This document shows positions 48,371 through 61,640 of a stretch of DNA of 64,000 nucleotides, one piece after another. Within the stretch, counting starts at the first letter, position 1; each line of letters opens with the position of its first letter. A program made the position numbers and the translations under genes. Source of the DNA: Camelus ferus (Eukaryota); NCBI RefSeq assembly GCF_009834535.1, contig NC_045697.1, positions 80,726,001 through 80,790,000 on the forward strand. The letters run 5' to 3'. The notes beneath the pieces are model-generated. The model made no database searches and had not been told where the DNA came from. It saw nothing but the letters and a program-made list of their open reading frames with translations.

Positions 48371-51300
48371 ATAGAAAAGAAGCAGGATGCTACAAAAATG
48401 AGAAACTCATAACTGGAAAGGAGATAACTGCCATGAATTACAAAAAGAATAAACACAAAATTGTAAAAGAAGACATCTAAATCATTAAGAGTGGGAGAGG
48501 GAAGCAAGGAAAGCTACTGTGGAAAACAGTATGGAGATTCCTCAAAAGACTAGGAGTAGACTTACCATATGACCCAGGAATCCTGCTCCTGGGCATAAAT
48601 CCAGAAGGAGCCCTACTTCAAAATGACACCTGCACCCCAATGTTCATAGCAGCACTATTTACAATAGCCAAGACATGGAAGCAGCCTAGATGTCCATCAA
48701 CAGATGACTGAATAAAGAAGTGGTGGTATATTTATATGATGGAATACTATTCAGCCACAAAACCCAAGAACATAACGCCATTTGCAACAACATGGATGTT
48801 CTTGGGGAATGTCATTCTAAGTGAAGTAAGCCAAAAAGAGAAAGAAAAATACCATATGAGATCGCTTATATGAGGAATCTAAAAACAAACAAACAAACAA
48901 AACATAAATACAAAACAGAAACAGTCTCATAGACAGAATACAAACTTGTGGTTGCCAAGGAGGCAGGGGGTGGGAAGGGACAGACTGGGATTTTAAAATG
49001 TAGGACAGATAAACAAGATTATACTCTATAGCACAGGGGAAAATACACAAGATCTTGTGGTAGCTCATAGCGAAAAAAATGTGACAATGAATATATACAT
49101 GTTCACGTATGACTGAAAAATTGTGCTCTACACTAGAATTTGGCACAACATTGTAAATTAACTATTACTCAATAAAAAAATATAAAAAAAATTTCATTTC
49201 TGCCAAGATGATTTTTTAATCTGATAAATGGATAGGTATCTTATGAATAAGTTCAAAATTAAAAATCTGTAAAGTTAGAATTTTACTTTAGATAATCAGA
49301 GGGCTAAATATCTTTAAAAGTCAGAAGGAAATCAAATTAAAATAAAGAACTAGATTTGTAAAAGATGGAAAACTTGCCAGCCTATCAGCCTTAGTAAACA
49401 CCTCTTGATTCATGCATTCATTATGAATTTTTATAGGTGTTAAGTATGACACTACCACTAAAATGTATGTTTAAGAAAATCATAAAAACAAGTAATATAA
49501 GTATTATATAAAAACATGACATACAGCTGTGTATATGTGTATAGACTTATTTAAATTATATTCAGAAAAATACCCTCTGCATAGATAAATAACTGGAAAA
49601 AATAGCCTAAAGTTACAAGTGATTCTCATGGTTGGTGTGGTCTGTATTTATTATTATTCATTTTACTTTCTTTTATCTTTTAAATTTTAAAAAATATATA
49701 ATATAGAGTATCAATTATATAACATACTGAAATACATAAATATTACAGTATTTATGGTATATATTATAGTAAATGTGTATAATTAAATATCTATTATCTT
49801 TAGTCAAATAAAAATGTGTTCAGTGTAACAAAATATTTCTTAAATATTCTGAATTATAAACTGTAACTTTCCTGTTACTATTCAAAATGGTATTATTATT
49901 ATTCCTTAAATGTAAATGAAAATTATTATTGTACAGAAGTCACTTAGATTTCCCAGAGCTGCACAAAAGGCATCATTTGATGGTCTGGTATGAAGTAATA
50001 ATTTTATTAATACTTATAAAATATATAATATTTCTTTGGATTTTGGTTACAAATTTATGAAAATGTTTCAAAATATCCAGAAAAGATGTTTAAATGGGTA
50101 AATATATATATATATCTACATAATTGTCAATATAACACATTAAACTGAATATTATAACTGTTAATGTAGAATCAAGGCTGAGGTGCTTTAGGCAATATGA
50201 GTAAGAAATTTGGAAAGATACAGATGCATACAAAGTAAAAAAAAAATAGGTATGCAAAAATTCTCAAAGAGAAATTCACCTATTACATAGAAATGTTATA
50301 TATTTTACCAAAATGAGTTTTTCAAATACATTACTAGGTGAAAGTGGTTAACTTTATATTTGAATTCTTTCCTTAATGGATTATTTTGGTATTGCATCAC
50401 AAGAAGATTTTGTTGAGGTTTTATTTTACCTAAATCTGTTGTATCATATCATGATGTTACACATACACGTCATTGCATAATATATGGATGATTTTGGCTT
50501 TAAATAATCATGAGCTAGGCAACCGTGTTCTAGTTTTTGGAAACTTTACTTTAGGGAGGAAGAAAGAAAGGCTGCTTTGTGTTTTCAGTTGTTAATTTAC
50601 TTTGGCTTTTTGAAGGAAAGAGAAAACTTCAACTTAATATAGCCATCAATCTTTCTTGACCAGCCTCACCGTGTGCTGTATCCATTTAATTTTATTACCT
50701 AGCAAGAGTGTTCAGCATTGTCAATCAGCCCATCAGTGTAATATGGAGGAAGCAAAGCATGTCATTTTTAGGGCTTTTCCTTTCTAGTATGGTTTCAGTT
50801 CGTTTAAACCTTTTATTCACTCACAAAAATGTAATAAATGAGCCAGATTTTCACAGTCTTTACTGGAATTGGCCCACGGGGCCTAAAAGGTTAAGTTGAA
50901 CGGGGGAAAATGGAATTTAGTATTATGTGTGCTATTTTAAGCCCTTAAACTGAATATGTAATATGAACTTCACGAAGTTAAAGAATGATTTGTAGAATTA
51001 AAGAAGAGGGGAAAGGTCCTGGTATGAAAAAAGAATGAAGTCTACAGAGAAAGGAGTTGCTAGATTAAATTGAGAAGGGAGGTGAAGGCATAGAATTGGT
51101 TTGGTGTTAGTGAAATAACTTAACAGGTGCCATAATAATCAAGACTTTTAGGAGACTGGAAGAAAGAAAGCAGATCAGTGACTAAGGTTAATAGAAAGAC
51201 CACTCATGGGGAAAAAAAAGAAAAAGGCAGTATTTCATGGACTTCATAAAGATACAGAAAAAATATTGAAGGTTTAGAATACTGAAGTTTAATTTCTTAA

Positions 51301-52559
51301 TTTTTATTTTTTTAAAGAAGTGTTAAAATTACTGTTCACTTAAGTTACCTAGAAATATAGTTTTATCACCAAAGAAGTGAACATAATGGACCTCAGAGTT
51401 TCTTTTTTTTAAAGCGTTTTTCACCAGATGTAAGTCCTATAGAGTCTGTATCATAACACAGTAAATAGAAGAACAGAAGCTGAAGCAGCCCTATAAGCTG
51501 AGCTCCTCGTTTAAGGCTTAAAAATAACATTTTTGTTCTTGTTTTGTAACTGTTGTTTGCCCCACAGTACTCGATCGTATTTAGATTCAAAATATAGAAA
51601 CATTTTTAAGGACTATTCATGAGGTTTAATAATAATCTACTTCCCTTATTATGTATCTTTGTGACACCTACTGAATTTTTCTCTACATTGTTTCTTTTCA
51701 TGGAGAGAAGGACTAGGAAGGTCACTTCACTGTATTGAACAGATGGATGAGAATAATTGAGCAATACTGAATGCTTTCCCTACTGGCTAACCTAACAAAA
51801 TAGATTTAATATTTCTGTAGGGCTGGAAGGGTATCATGTCATTTCATTACTTTTGCTTCTGGAAACTAAACTTTTCAATTTTTAAAGGAAGAAGTCAGAG
51901 TAGATACTGAGGGAAAAAAAGTATTGAAAGAAGACAAAGCATGTTCCCTGTTCTCCTGTGGGCCCTCCATGAAGATCTGTTATTTCTTGGGTCCTAATGG
52001 ATTCACATTTATTTGATGCCATCAAATTACATTTCAGTAATTTTAGTGGGATTCTGGCATATAGGATTTAGAAATGTAAACTAGATGAACTAACAAGGAA
52101 TTATGCCACTGACTTAATAAATTACCACAAGGAATTCATGTAACTCCTCAGGGTCACAGTTTCCTAAGTCAATTATTTCTCTATTAGGCAGAGAAATAAA
52201 AAGCACAGGATATTTTTTTTGAGCACTCATGTCTTTTCTTTAATCAGAAGTCTCTTCTGAAAGTTAGGCTCATCTTACAGAGTTATCCCTGGAGCAGACT
52301 GACTCAGAGGGCAGCATGACTTAAAGTCTTGCTACTCTGAATAAATCATTCTGTCTTATATGTAATACTAAGGTCATGATTTTTAAACACTTATGGCTTT
52401 CCTTGAGCCCAATGTGTTCAACAAGACATACTTTAGGAAGAATTAAAATCAATGTATTACGTTAAAAAGAGTTATAAAGCATGTTGTAAACTTCTTCCAT
52501 ATTGCTCTAATGTGTTTCACACTTTAAATTTTGAAGAAACTTAAATTTCTCACTGTTAA

Positions 52560-52700
52560 CAGGCGTAGTGGTAAAGCTCGGTAGTAACAGACAAGGGTTC
52601 TGGACTTGTGTGATCTTGGTTTAGTGAGTTCCTCTGGGGGTCAGTTTCCTGTGTGGTAAAATGAGGAAATTTTAGTAGTTGATACATAAGGTTTTTTATA
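52560..52700 (+). mobile_element. MIR SINE
   Basis: GGCGTAGTGGTAAAG...TGTGTGATCTTGG...TCAGTTTCCT...GTAAAATGAGG. Confidence 0.65.
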
Positions 52701-55044
52701 GATCTATATATCTAAAATTTAAGATTTTTATATAAAAATTTTAAAATGTTAATACACTTTTTATTTTAGAATATGTATTTAAAGAAAAGTTGTGAAGAGA
52801 TTACTATTACCTTTGTTAGTAACATTGCATATTAGTATGGTACATTTGTCGCAACAGATGAACCAGCTGGTACATAATTATTAACTGAAGTCCATACTTT
52901 AGTTAGATTATTAGTTAGATGTCCTTAATTGCTTACCTCATGGTCCTTTTACATTCCAGTATCCCATCTAGGATACCATGTCATATTTAGTCATCGCATC
53001 TCCTTAGGCTCCTCTTGGCTGTGACACATTCCCGGAATTTCCTTGTTTTTTATGACATTGATGGTTTTGAGGAGTAGTGGTTAAATATGGTTCCCTCTAT
53101 TGGGATTTGTCTGATGTTTCTCTTGTCCTTAGGGTGTGGTTTTAGGTTTTTGGTAGAAAGACCACAGAGGTAAAGTGCCATTCTCATCACATCATATCAA
53201 GAGTACATACTATCTACATGATGTATCACTGTTGCTGTTGACCTTGGTGACCTGAGGAAATGTTTCTCAGGTCTCTGGACTGTAAAGTTACTCTTTTCTC
53301 TGCCTTTCTATATCTACTCTTAGGAAGAAAGTCATTATGAACAGCCCATACTTAAGTAGTGGGGAGTTAATGCTCTATCTTCTTAAGGTTGGAGTCATCT
53401 ACAATAATTGTTTGCATTCTACTGCATAGGAGATTTGTCTCTTCTCACTCAATTATTTATTTATTTAATCAGTTATTTATATCCGTGTGGACTCAGGAAT
53501 ATTTATTTTATAATTTAGGTTATAATATACTGTTAATTACTTATTGTTCAAATTGTTTTAGCTTTGGTCATTCGAAGTTCTTTCAGTTGACTGCTGTGTC
53601 TTTTTGATATACCCCCATCATTGTGGGGTTTTTTAAAAGTACTTTTTGGCACTAAGATGTTTTAAGTTCATCTTATATATTTCCTGCCCCAGTTTTAGAA
53701 TAAACCATTTATCCCAGAAGCTTTTGTTTCTTTTATTAGAGAATGGTACTGGAAACCAAAATCTGGGAACTAGTATGCTTGTTGCTACTAGAATGTCATT
53801 GCTTCTAGACACTTTCAGCTAATAGAAACATTTATATCTCCATAAACATTTATATTGATATATCCATCTGTGTCTACATTAAGCCAAGAAGTGAGTTCGT
53901 GTAGTTTTTGACTATCATTAGTTACCTCATGGGTCATTCAAGCCTTCTCCTCTAGCTTGTCGAAATCTCCCATTCCTGGGGCTCTGATCAGCTACCATCC
54001 ATTTACTTAATTACTCAGTTCCAGTGCATATGTTAGCCCATATCCCTGTAGGAAACAACTTTTTCAACTTGGGTTTTATACTCATGTGAAGTTCTTTTTG
54101 CCTTTTTTGAGTCTTACTGATTCCATTCATTTTCAAAGTTACTTTGGTCAGCAACTTTTTTACCCACTCTTTCAGAAAGGCTGTTTTATACATTTATAAT
54201 GCAGTTAAATGTTTTTGTCACAGTGTTCTATGCTGAGATCCCCTGTAAATGATTTTTTTAAATCTGCATACATTAAGATTTACTCATTCTGCTATAAAGT
54301 ACTGAGTTTTGAGAAATATAGAATGTAATGTAGCCACCATAACATTATTACATAGAATAATTTCACCACACTAGAAAATCCTCTGTGCTCTACCTATTCA
54401 ACAACCTTAACCCCTAACCCAAGTCCCTGGCAACCACTGATCTGTTTGCTGTTGCGATCTGTAGTTTTGTCTTTTCCAGAATGTCATATAAATGTAATAA
54501 TAAAGTTAGTAGCATTTTCAGACTAGTGTCTGACACTTAGCAAAGGCACTTGAAGTTCATATGTGTCTTTTTGTGACTTGATAGTGCATTCCTTATTATT
54601 GCAGAAAAAGATTCTATTGTGTGGATATATCGTAGTTTATCAATTAACCTATTGAAGGACATCTTGTTTGCTTTCAGTTTTTGGCAGTTAGAAATAAAGT
54701 TGATAGAAACATTGTACAGGTTTCTGTATAGACATAAGTTTTCAAATCAGCTGGATAAATACTTAGGAGTGCGATTTCTGGATTATATGGTAAGAGTATA
54801 TTTAGCTTTGTAAAAAACTGCCAAACTCTTCCAAAGTGACCATGCCATTTTATATCCCCACCAGCAGTGTATGAGATTTCCTATTTTTTAGCCATTTAAA
54901 TAGGTTTCAAATGAGAGCTGATGTATTACTGTAATGTACATTTCCCTATTGACAAATGCTATTTAGCATTTTCCCACATGTTTATTTGCCATCTGTATAT
55001 TTTCTTTGATAAGGTGTCTGTTCAGATCTTTTGCCCATTTTTAA

Positions 55045-55875
55045 ATTTAATTTTTAAAATTGAAGTATAGTTGATTTACAATTTTATATTAATTTCAGGT
55101 GTACAATATAGTGATTCAGTACTTTTAAAGATTATATTCCATTTAAAGCTATTATAAAATATTGGCTATATTATCTGTGCTATATGTTACAACCTTATAT
55201 GTTGTTTATTTTATACCTAATAGTTTGTACTTCTTAATTCTTTTCCCCAACTTTCCCCTATCCCCACCGCTCTCCCAAGTGGGAACCACTATTTGTTCCT
55301 TGTATCTGTAAGTCTGCTTCTGTTTTTTTTTATTCATTCATTTATTTTATTTTTTAGGTTCCACATATCAGTGAAAACATACAGTATTTATCTTTCTCTG
55401 TCTGACTTTGTTAAGCATAACACCCTCCAAGTCATCCACGTAGCTGCAAATGGCAAATTTTCATCGTTTTTTATGGCTGTTTAGTATCCCATTGTGTATA
55501 TACCACAGCTTCATTATTGATTCATCTGTTGATGAACACTTAGGTTGCTTCCATATTTTGACTATTGTAAAGAATGCTTCTGTTCATATTGGAGTGTATA
55601 CATCTTTTCAAATTAGCATTTTCACTTTCTTTAGATATATACCCAGGAGTAGAATTGCTGGATCATATGGTAGTTCTATTTTTAAATTTTGTTAACTGTT
55701 TTCCATAGTGACTGTACCAACTTACATTCCTACCAGCAGTGCATGAAAGTTTCTTCTTCTCCACATCCTTGCCAACATTTATTATTATTGTCTTTTTGAA
55801 GGTAGCCATTCAGACAGGTATGATATGTTATCTCATTGTGGTTTTGATTTGCATTTCTTTGATGATTAGTGATGT
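55045..55875 (-). mobile_element. Nested 5'-truncated younger L1 3' end
   Basis: TTGAAGTATAGTTGATTTACAA...GATATATACCCAGGAGTAGAATTGCTGGATCATATGGTAG; host sequence TTTGCCCATTTTTAA / TTTTTAATTGAGTTG resumes on both sides. Confidence 0.88.
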
Positions 55876-56430
55876 TTTTAATTGAGTTGTTTGTTTCTTA
55901 TTGAGCTTAAGAGTCTTTGTATATTTTGTGTACAATTCCTACATCAGGAGCTTTTATCATGAATGAATGTTGGATTTTGCCAAATAATTTTTCTGCATCA
56001 ATTAATATGATCATATGATTTTTCTTCTAAATGCAATTGATGTGGTGGATTATATTGACTGATTTTTCAACTATTGGACCACTCTTGCATACCTGGAATA
56101 AATCCCACTAAAACATGATGTATAATTATTTTTTATACTGTTGGATTCAATTTGCTAATAAAGTGTTGGGGATTTTTAATTTATCTTTATGAGAGAGTGG
56201 TCTGTAAGGTTTTTTGTTGTTGTTGTTGGCTTTTTGGGGGGGGGGCATTGTTTGTTTGTTTGCAGTATCTTGATCTGAACTTTGTATAGTAATGCCGACA
56301 TCCTAGAATGAGTTAATCAGTGTCCCCTGCTTTTATTTTCTAGAAGAGATTGCTGAGAATTTCTATTATTTCTTCTTTAAATGTTGTGTAGAATTCACAG
56401 TAAACCAATCTGAGCCATATGCTTTATTTT

Positions 56431-56818
56431 ATTTTATTGATCGTTGGGGGATAATTTGACAAATAAAAATTGTATGTATTAAGTTGTTCAACCTGATGTT
56501 TTGATATATGTAACGTACACTGTGAAATATCACCACAGTCAAGCTAATTAACATATCTATCACCTCATATCATTACCAGTTTTCTTTTGTGGTGAGAACA
56601 TGTAAGATCGACTCTCAACAAATTTTTTTCAAGTATACAATACAGTATTATTAACTACAGACACCATGCTATACATTATCTCCAAAACTTATTCATCCTG
56701 CATAGCTGAAAAGTTATACCATTTCACCAACATCTCCCCATTTCCCCCACCTCACTAGCCTCTGGCAACTGTCATTCAACTCTCTGTTTCTATGAGTTCA
56801 GTGCTTTTAGATTCTTTT
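56431..56818 (-). mobile_element. Nested L1MA-like 3' end with TSD
   Basis: CACAGTCAAGCTAATTAACATATCTATCACCTCA; flanks TGCTTTATTTT 56420-56430 / TGCTTTACTTT 56819-56829. Confidence 0.85.
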
Positions 56819-58574
56819 TGCTTTACTTTTGGGAAATTTAATTTATTGACTTAGTTTCTCTCATAATTATTGTGTGAATTTTGACAGTTTTGTGTCTTCT
56901 AAGGAGTTGGTTCATTTTACTTAATTTGTAGGTGTGAAGTTTCTCATAGCATTCCTTTATTATCCTTTTAATGTCCACAATAAGTAGTGATGAACTCTCT
57001 TTTGTTTCTGATATTGGTAAATTACATATTTTCTTTTTTTCTTGGTTAGATTGGCTACAGTTTTATAAACTTTATGGGTCCTTGGAAGAGCCAGATTTTT
57101 TTATTGTTGGTTATTTTCTATATTGTTGTCTTTTTTTCAATTTCATTAATTTCTGCTTTTCTTTCTCCAGTTTCCTAATTGGAAGCTTCAGTTATTGATT
57201 TAAGATCCTTTTTTCTTTTCTAATAAATTTGTTTAAGCTATAAATTTCTCTCCAAGCACTGCTTTTGCTATTTTTGACAAATTTTGATGAGGATATTTTT
57301 ATTTTCTTTTAGTTTAAAGTATTTAAAATTTTCTCATAAACTTTCTTCTTTGAACTATAGATTATATATAAAGAGCTATTTATTTTCTGAATATTTGGGA
57401 AGTTTGTCTTTTTTTTTTTTTAATTGATTTCCAACTTAATTTAAGCTTGTTCTAATAATATACTATCTATGGTTTCTATTCTTTTAGATTTGTTTTGATG
57501 TATTTTATGACCTATACTGCAATCTATCTTGGTGAATACACCATTTGAGTTTAAGAAGAATGTATATATTCCTACTGTTGGATGGAGTGTTCTATAAATG
57601 TGAATTAGATCAATTTGATTTATAGTACTGTTCACATTATCTATATTTTTAGTTTTTTTTTTGCCTACTTTATCTATCAATAACTGATAGAGGGTTGATG
57701 AAGTCTTCAACTATAGTAGTGGCTTTGTCTGTTTTTTCTGTAAGTTCCATCCATTTTTGTCTTATTTATTTTGATGCTCTTTTGTTTGGTGAATACATTA
57801 TTAGGTTCATTATTTTTTGTTGGAGAATCACCCCTTTACCATTATACCATGCCCACTCTTTATGCCTGAAAAATCTTCCTTATTCTGCAGTTTGCTTTGT
57901 TGGAAGTTAATATAGCCCTTCAGTTTTCTTTTGATTAGTGTTAGCATGGACTGTCTGAGCCCATACATTTCATTTTACCTTATATGAGCATTTATATTTA
58001 AAGTGATATTAGTGTGGAAAACTTATTTGGATATTTTTGTACCCACACTGACAATCTATTCCAATATGTACATATAGGCTAGTTTCACATTTAAAGTTGA
58101 GTATTGATACAATTGAACTAATATTTATCATGTTTGTAACTGTTTTCTACTCATGACATTTATTATTTGTTTCTCTTTCCCCTTCTTTTTCTTCCTTCTC
58201 TGGTTTTAATTGAACATTTTTACATCACTAAATTTTATCTCCTCTCAGTGTGTCAAATTACACTTCACTTTAAAAAATTTAGTGGTTGCCCTAGAGTTTA
58301 AAATATATATTTTTATATAACCTAAATCTAATTTTAAATAACATGGAACCACTTCCACGTGGTGCAGAGCAATACAGAATTACTTCATCTCATCCCTTAT
58401 GACAATGTTGTCATTGATTTTACTTGTCCATATGCTATAGTCACCTAATACACTACTACTGTTATTGCTATAAACAGTTATGTTTTAGACCAATTAAGAG
58501 TTTAAAAATGAAAGAATTTATTCTACTTTTGTTAATTTTTTCTCTGTTGCTCTTCTTTTCTTTAAATTGATTTG

Positions 58575-58998
58575 GTGGTAGGAGGTGGGCAAAATGGGTG
58601 AAAGGGGTCAAAAGGTACAAACATCCATTCCTAGGGATGATGTAATGTACAGCATGATGACTATAGGTAATAATACTTTATTGTATATTTGCAGGTTGCT
58701 AAGGGAGTAGCTTTAAAAATTCTCATTACAACAAGAATTATACATGCAGTGAATTCTTCAGTGCTTATATTTTAAAACTAAAAATTTTTTTCAATGGTTT
58801 CTCTCACAAGAAAAAAAATTGTAACTCTATGTGATGATTGATGTTAACCAGACTTATTGGGTGATCATTTTGCAGTGTATACAAATGTCAAATCATTGTG
58901 TTGTATACCTGAAATTAATGTCAGTTATACCTCAGTTAAAAAATAGGAATAATTCTAATTTCTCAAATTAATGTCAATTGTATCTCAATTTGAAAAAC
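58575..58998 (+). mobile_element. Sense-strand L1MA-like 3'UTR fragment with doubled 3' terminus
   Basis: AAATGGGTGAAAGGGGTCAAAAGGTACAAAC...GATGTAATGTACAGCATGATGACTATAG...TGTTGTATACCTGAAATTAATG. Confidence 0.85.
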
Positions 58999-59004
58999 AG
59001 TAAT

Positions 59005-59975
59005 TATTATAATTCCTCTCTCTAGTCCCTTGTGACATTGCTGTCATTTGTTTCACTTATTCATAAGCACACATAAGCCACATATAAGCATACATAATCA
59101 AATACATTGTTGCTATTAATATTTGAGACAAACTTTTAGGTGTTGAATCAATAAGAAAAATAAGTTTTTATTTTACCTTCACTTATTACTTCCGCAATGC
59201 TCTTTCTTTACATAATTCCGAGTTTTTGACCTACATTACTTTCCTTCTCTCTGAAGAATTTCTTTTAACATTTCTTGCAAGGGAGGTTTACTGGCAACAA
59301 GTTCTCTCAATTTTAGCTTGTCTGAGAAGATCTTTATTTCACCTTCAGTTTTGAAGAATATTTCACAGCATACAGAATTCTAGGTTAGTGAGTTTTTCTC
59401 TCAACGTTTTAAATATTTCACTCCACTCTCTTCTTGTTTGCATGGTTTCTGAGGAGAAGTTGGATGTAATATTTATCTTTGATCCTCTAGGGAATATGTT
59501 TTTGCCCTCTGGCTCTTTCAAGATTTTTTTATCTTTGATCTCTGCAGTTTGACTATGATATGTCTACTTGCAATTTTTTGTTTATTTTTTTGTTTGCTAT
59601 TTATCCTGCTTAGTGTTCTGAATTTCCTGGATCTGTGATTTGGTATCTGACTATTTGGGGAAATTCTCAGCCATTATTGCTTCAAATATTTCTTTTCTCT
59701 TTCTTCTCCTTCTGGTATTCCCATTATGCATATGTTACACCTTTTGTATTTGTTCCACAGTTCTTGGATGTTCTGTTCCATTTTTTTTTTCAGCCCTTTT
59801 TCTCTTTGCTTTTCTGTTTTGGAATTGTCTGCTGACTTATCCTGAAGGTCAGAAATTCTTTCCTCAGCTGTGTTCAGCCTATTAATAAGCCCCTCAAAGG
59901 ATTCTTCATTTTTGTTACAATGTTTTTGATCTCTAGAATTTCTTTTTGTTTTTTGTTCTTAACATTTTCATCTCT
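59005..59975 (-). mobile_element. Antisense L1 ORF1/inter-ORF region
   Basis: TACAGAATTCTAGGTT, TTTCACTCCACTCTCTTCTTG, GGTTTCTGAGGAGAAGT, TTGGGGAAATTCTCAGCCATTATT (antisense IMAENFP). Confidence 0.85.
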
Positions 59976-60561
59976 TTAAGGAATTTTGATAATATTCATA
60001 GAGTCATAGAATTATTATATAAGTAAATCTTTTCTTTTTATTAGTGTAATGAATTATTCCCCACTGACATTGTATAAAATGAATATGTATTTCAACATTT
60101 CAACAATCTGCATGATTTCACTTCTATACCGTTATGATTTTCATATCACATATTCTTGGAGAATTTTCAAAATCATGGTAAGTGTTATAATGTGTATGTC
60201 TGTGTGCTGTGTTATATAATTTTTATGATGCTCTGCTGGTCTTTTGAAGAGTCTGCAATGATTTAAGGTTTGTGAAAGCAGCATACCTTTTCTCTGGGTG
60301 CTCTGCTTACATATCGCAGATACTTATTTCATATTTATAGTGATTGCAAATTCTATTTGTATACATGTTTCCAGCCAGCCTGCTTTTGTTACTTTATTAA
60401 GCCAGAATTTAAAGAAAATTTTGACCCTTGCTTTAAGATCTCACTAAAAACAGTGAGTGTTAATGAAATGCATCTAAAAAGAGAGCGCATATTATCTAAG
60501 TCCAGAAAAAAAAAGAGGTTGCATAGTTTTGAAAGCAAAACATGAACTGGTTTTAGAAATA

Positions 60562-60757
60562 TCTTCTCTTAAGATAGAAACAACTATACAGCCCATACTA
60601 ACAGCATCAGCATCTCCTGGGAGCCAATTAAAAATGCAGGTTCTGAGGCCTCGCTCCAGACCTACAGAATCAGAAACCTTGGGGGTGGGGCCTAGCAATA
60701 TGTATTTTAATAAACCCTCCAGGGGATTCTGCTTCTCTAAAATTTGAGAACCCTCTT
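60562..60757. mobile_element. MER5A hAT-Charlie MITE
   Basis: CAGCATCAGCATCTCCTGGGAG...CCAGACCTACAGAATCAGAAAC...GGGGTGGGGCC...TTTGAGAACC. Confidence 0.9.
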
Positions 60758-61489
60758 ACAGGGATTCAAAAGAAAACAATCACCACGTACCCCAAAGAAT
60801 AAAGGCGTAACAGTATTATGTCAAACTGTTTTTTAACCTGAATTCTGCTCCTTTCTTTCCTTTTATATCTTTAATATTCTCTGTTATTTCAGTAATATAT
60901 GTTTCTCATTCCATTACATGTGGCCACTGCTAAAAGTTGAGTACAACTAATTTAAGCACTCAGCTTGAATTCTTACCTTAAAGTTAAAATTATGTCTAAT
61001 TGGAGAACAGTAATTAGCATTCAGTTACTTTAAAAAAGTCTCAACTCAGCCCTGATTAAGTGATTCCAAGTAGAATTTGATAGAGGGGGTTGATAGAAGG
61101 AGTCGACATAGGACAAAGAAAGGAAAAGGATTTATGTATTTTCATGTAGTTCAAGGTCCATTGAAATGTAAACTTTATAGCATGCTGTTAAATATGGCAT
61201 CAGATGTGTATTTACTTTAGCTTTCACTGTTACAATTACTGTTAAAAGGGTGAAATAATTAGACAATTGCTTCTAGGATTTCTCTCATGGAAAGAAAGAA
61301 ATGGAAAAAGTTTTCTAAAACATAGGAAGGAATCTAGAGAGAGAGAAAGGAAGATAAAGAATATAGGGAGGGATGCGTTACGAAAGAGGATGAAAATATG
61401 TCGACAGAGTGGAAGCAAACTATCTAGTAGAGTACTGAGAAAAAATTGGGCTGTTTTGTGAAAATAAGTCATTTGTCAAATAAAGGATG

Positions 61490-61640
61490 TGGACTCAGGA
61501 GACCTAATCTAATCATATTTTTTCCATTGATTAAATGAGCTTGTTTCAGTTTTCTGCTGTCTCTGTTTCCATTTGTCTCCTTGAGGAAGAGGGATCTTAG
61601 TACCTTGCCTTCATCTAATGCATGGAAAAGTTCAATGGTA
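61490..61640 (+). mobile_element. MIR SINE, degraded
   Basis: GGACTCAGGAGACCT...TCTCTGTTTCCATTTGT...TAGTACCTTGCCT. Confidence 0.45.

Larger units (their letters stand above)
46140..49190 (+). mobile_element. Young L1 with full 5'UTR, ORF1, ORF2 C-terminal stub, 3'UTR and poly(A); EN and RT absent
   Basis: Starts GAGGGAGAGAAGCAAGATGGCGGAGTAG; GC/CpG-rich 1.3-kb UTR; AATAAA 49171 plus A-tail. TSD AAAAGAAATTTC 46128-46139 / AAAAAAAATTTC 49184-49195 at a TT|AAAA endonuclease site. Confidence 0.95.
52757..58560 (-). mobile_element. Large antisense L1 (L1MC-like long 3'UTR and ORF2 with internal deletion), hosting nested L1s
   Basis: 3'UTR motifs GACCACAGAGGTAAAGTGCCATTCTCATCACATCATATCAAG; ORF track TINQIDLIHIYRTLHPT...YTFF...FTKID (endonuclease). 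Confidence 0.88.

Noticed and set aside
44629..49190. Twin-priming inversion linking the antisense ORF2 fragment to the half-L1
   Set aside because: They are separated by ~700 bp of unrelated DNA, and the half-L1 has its own 5' end and TSD that exclude the fragment
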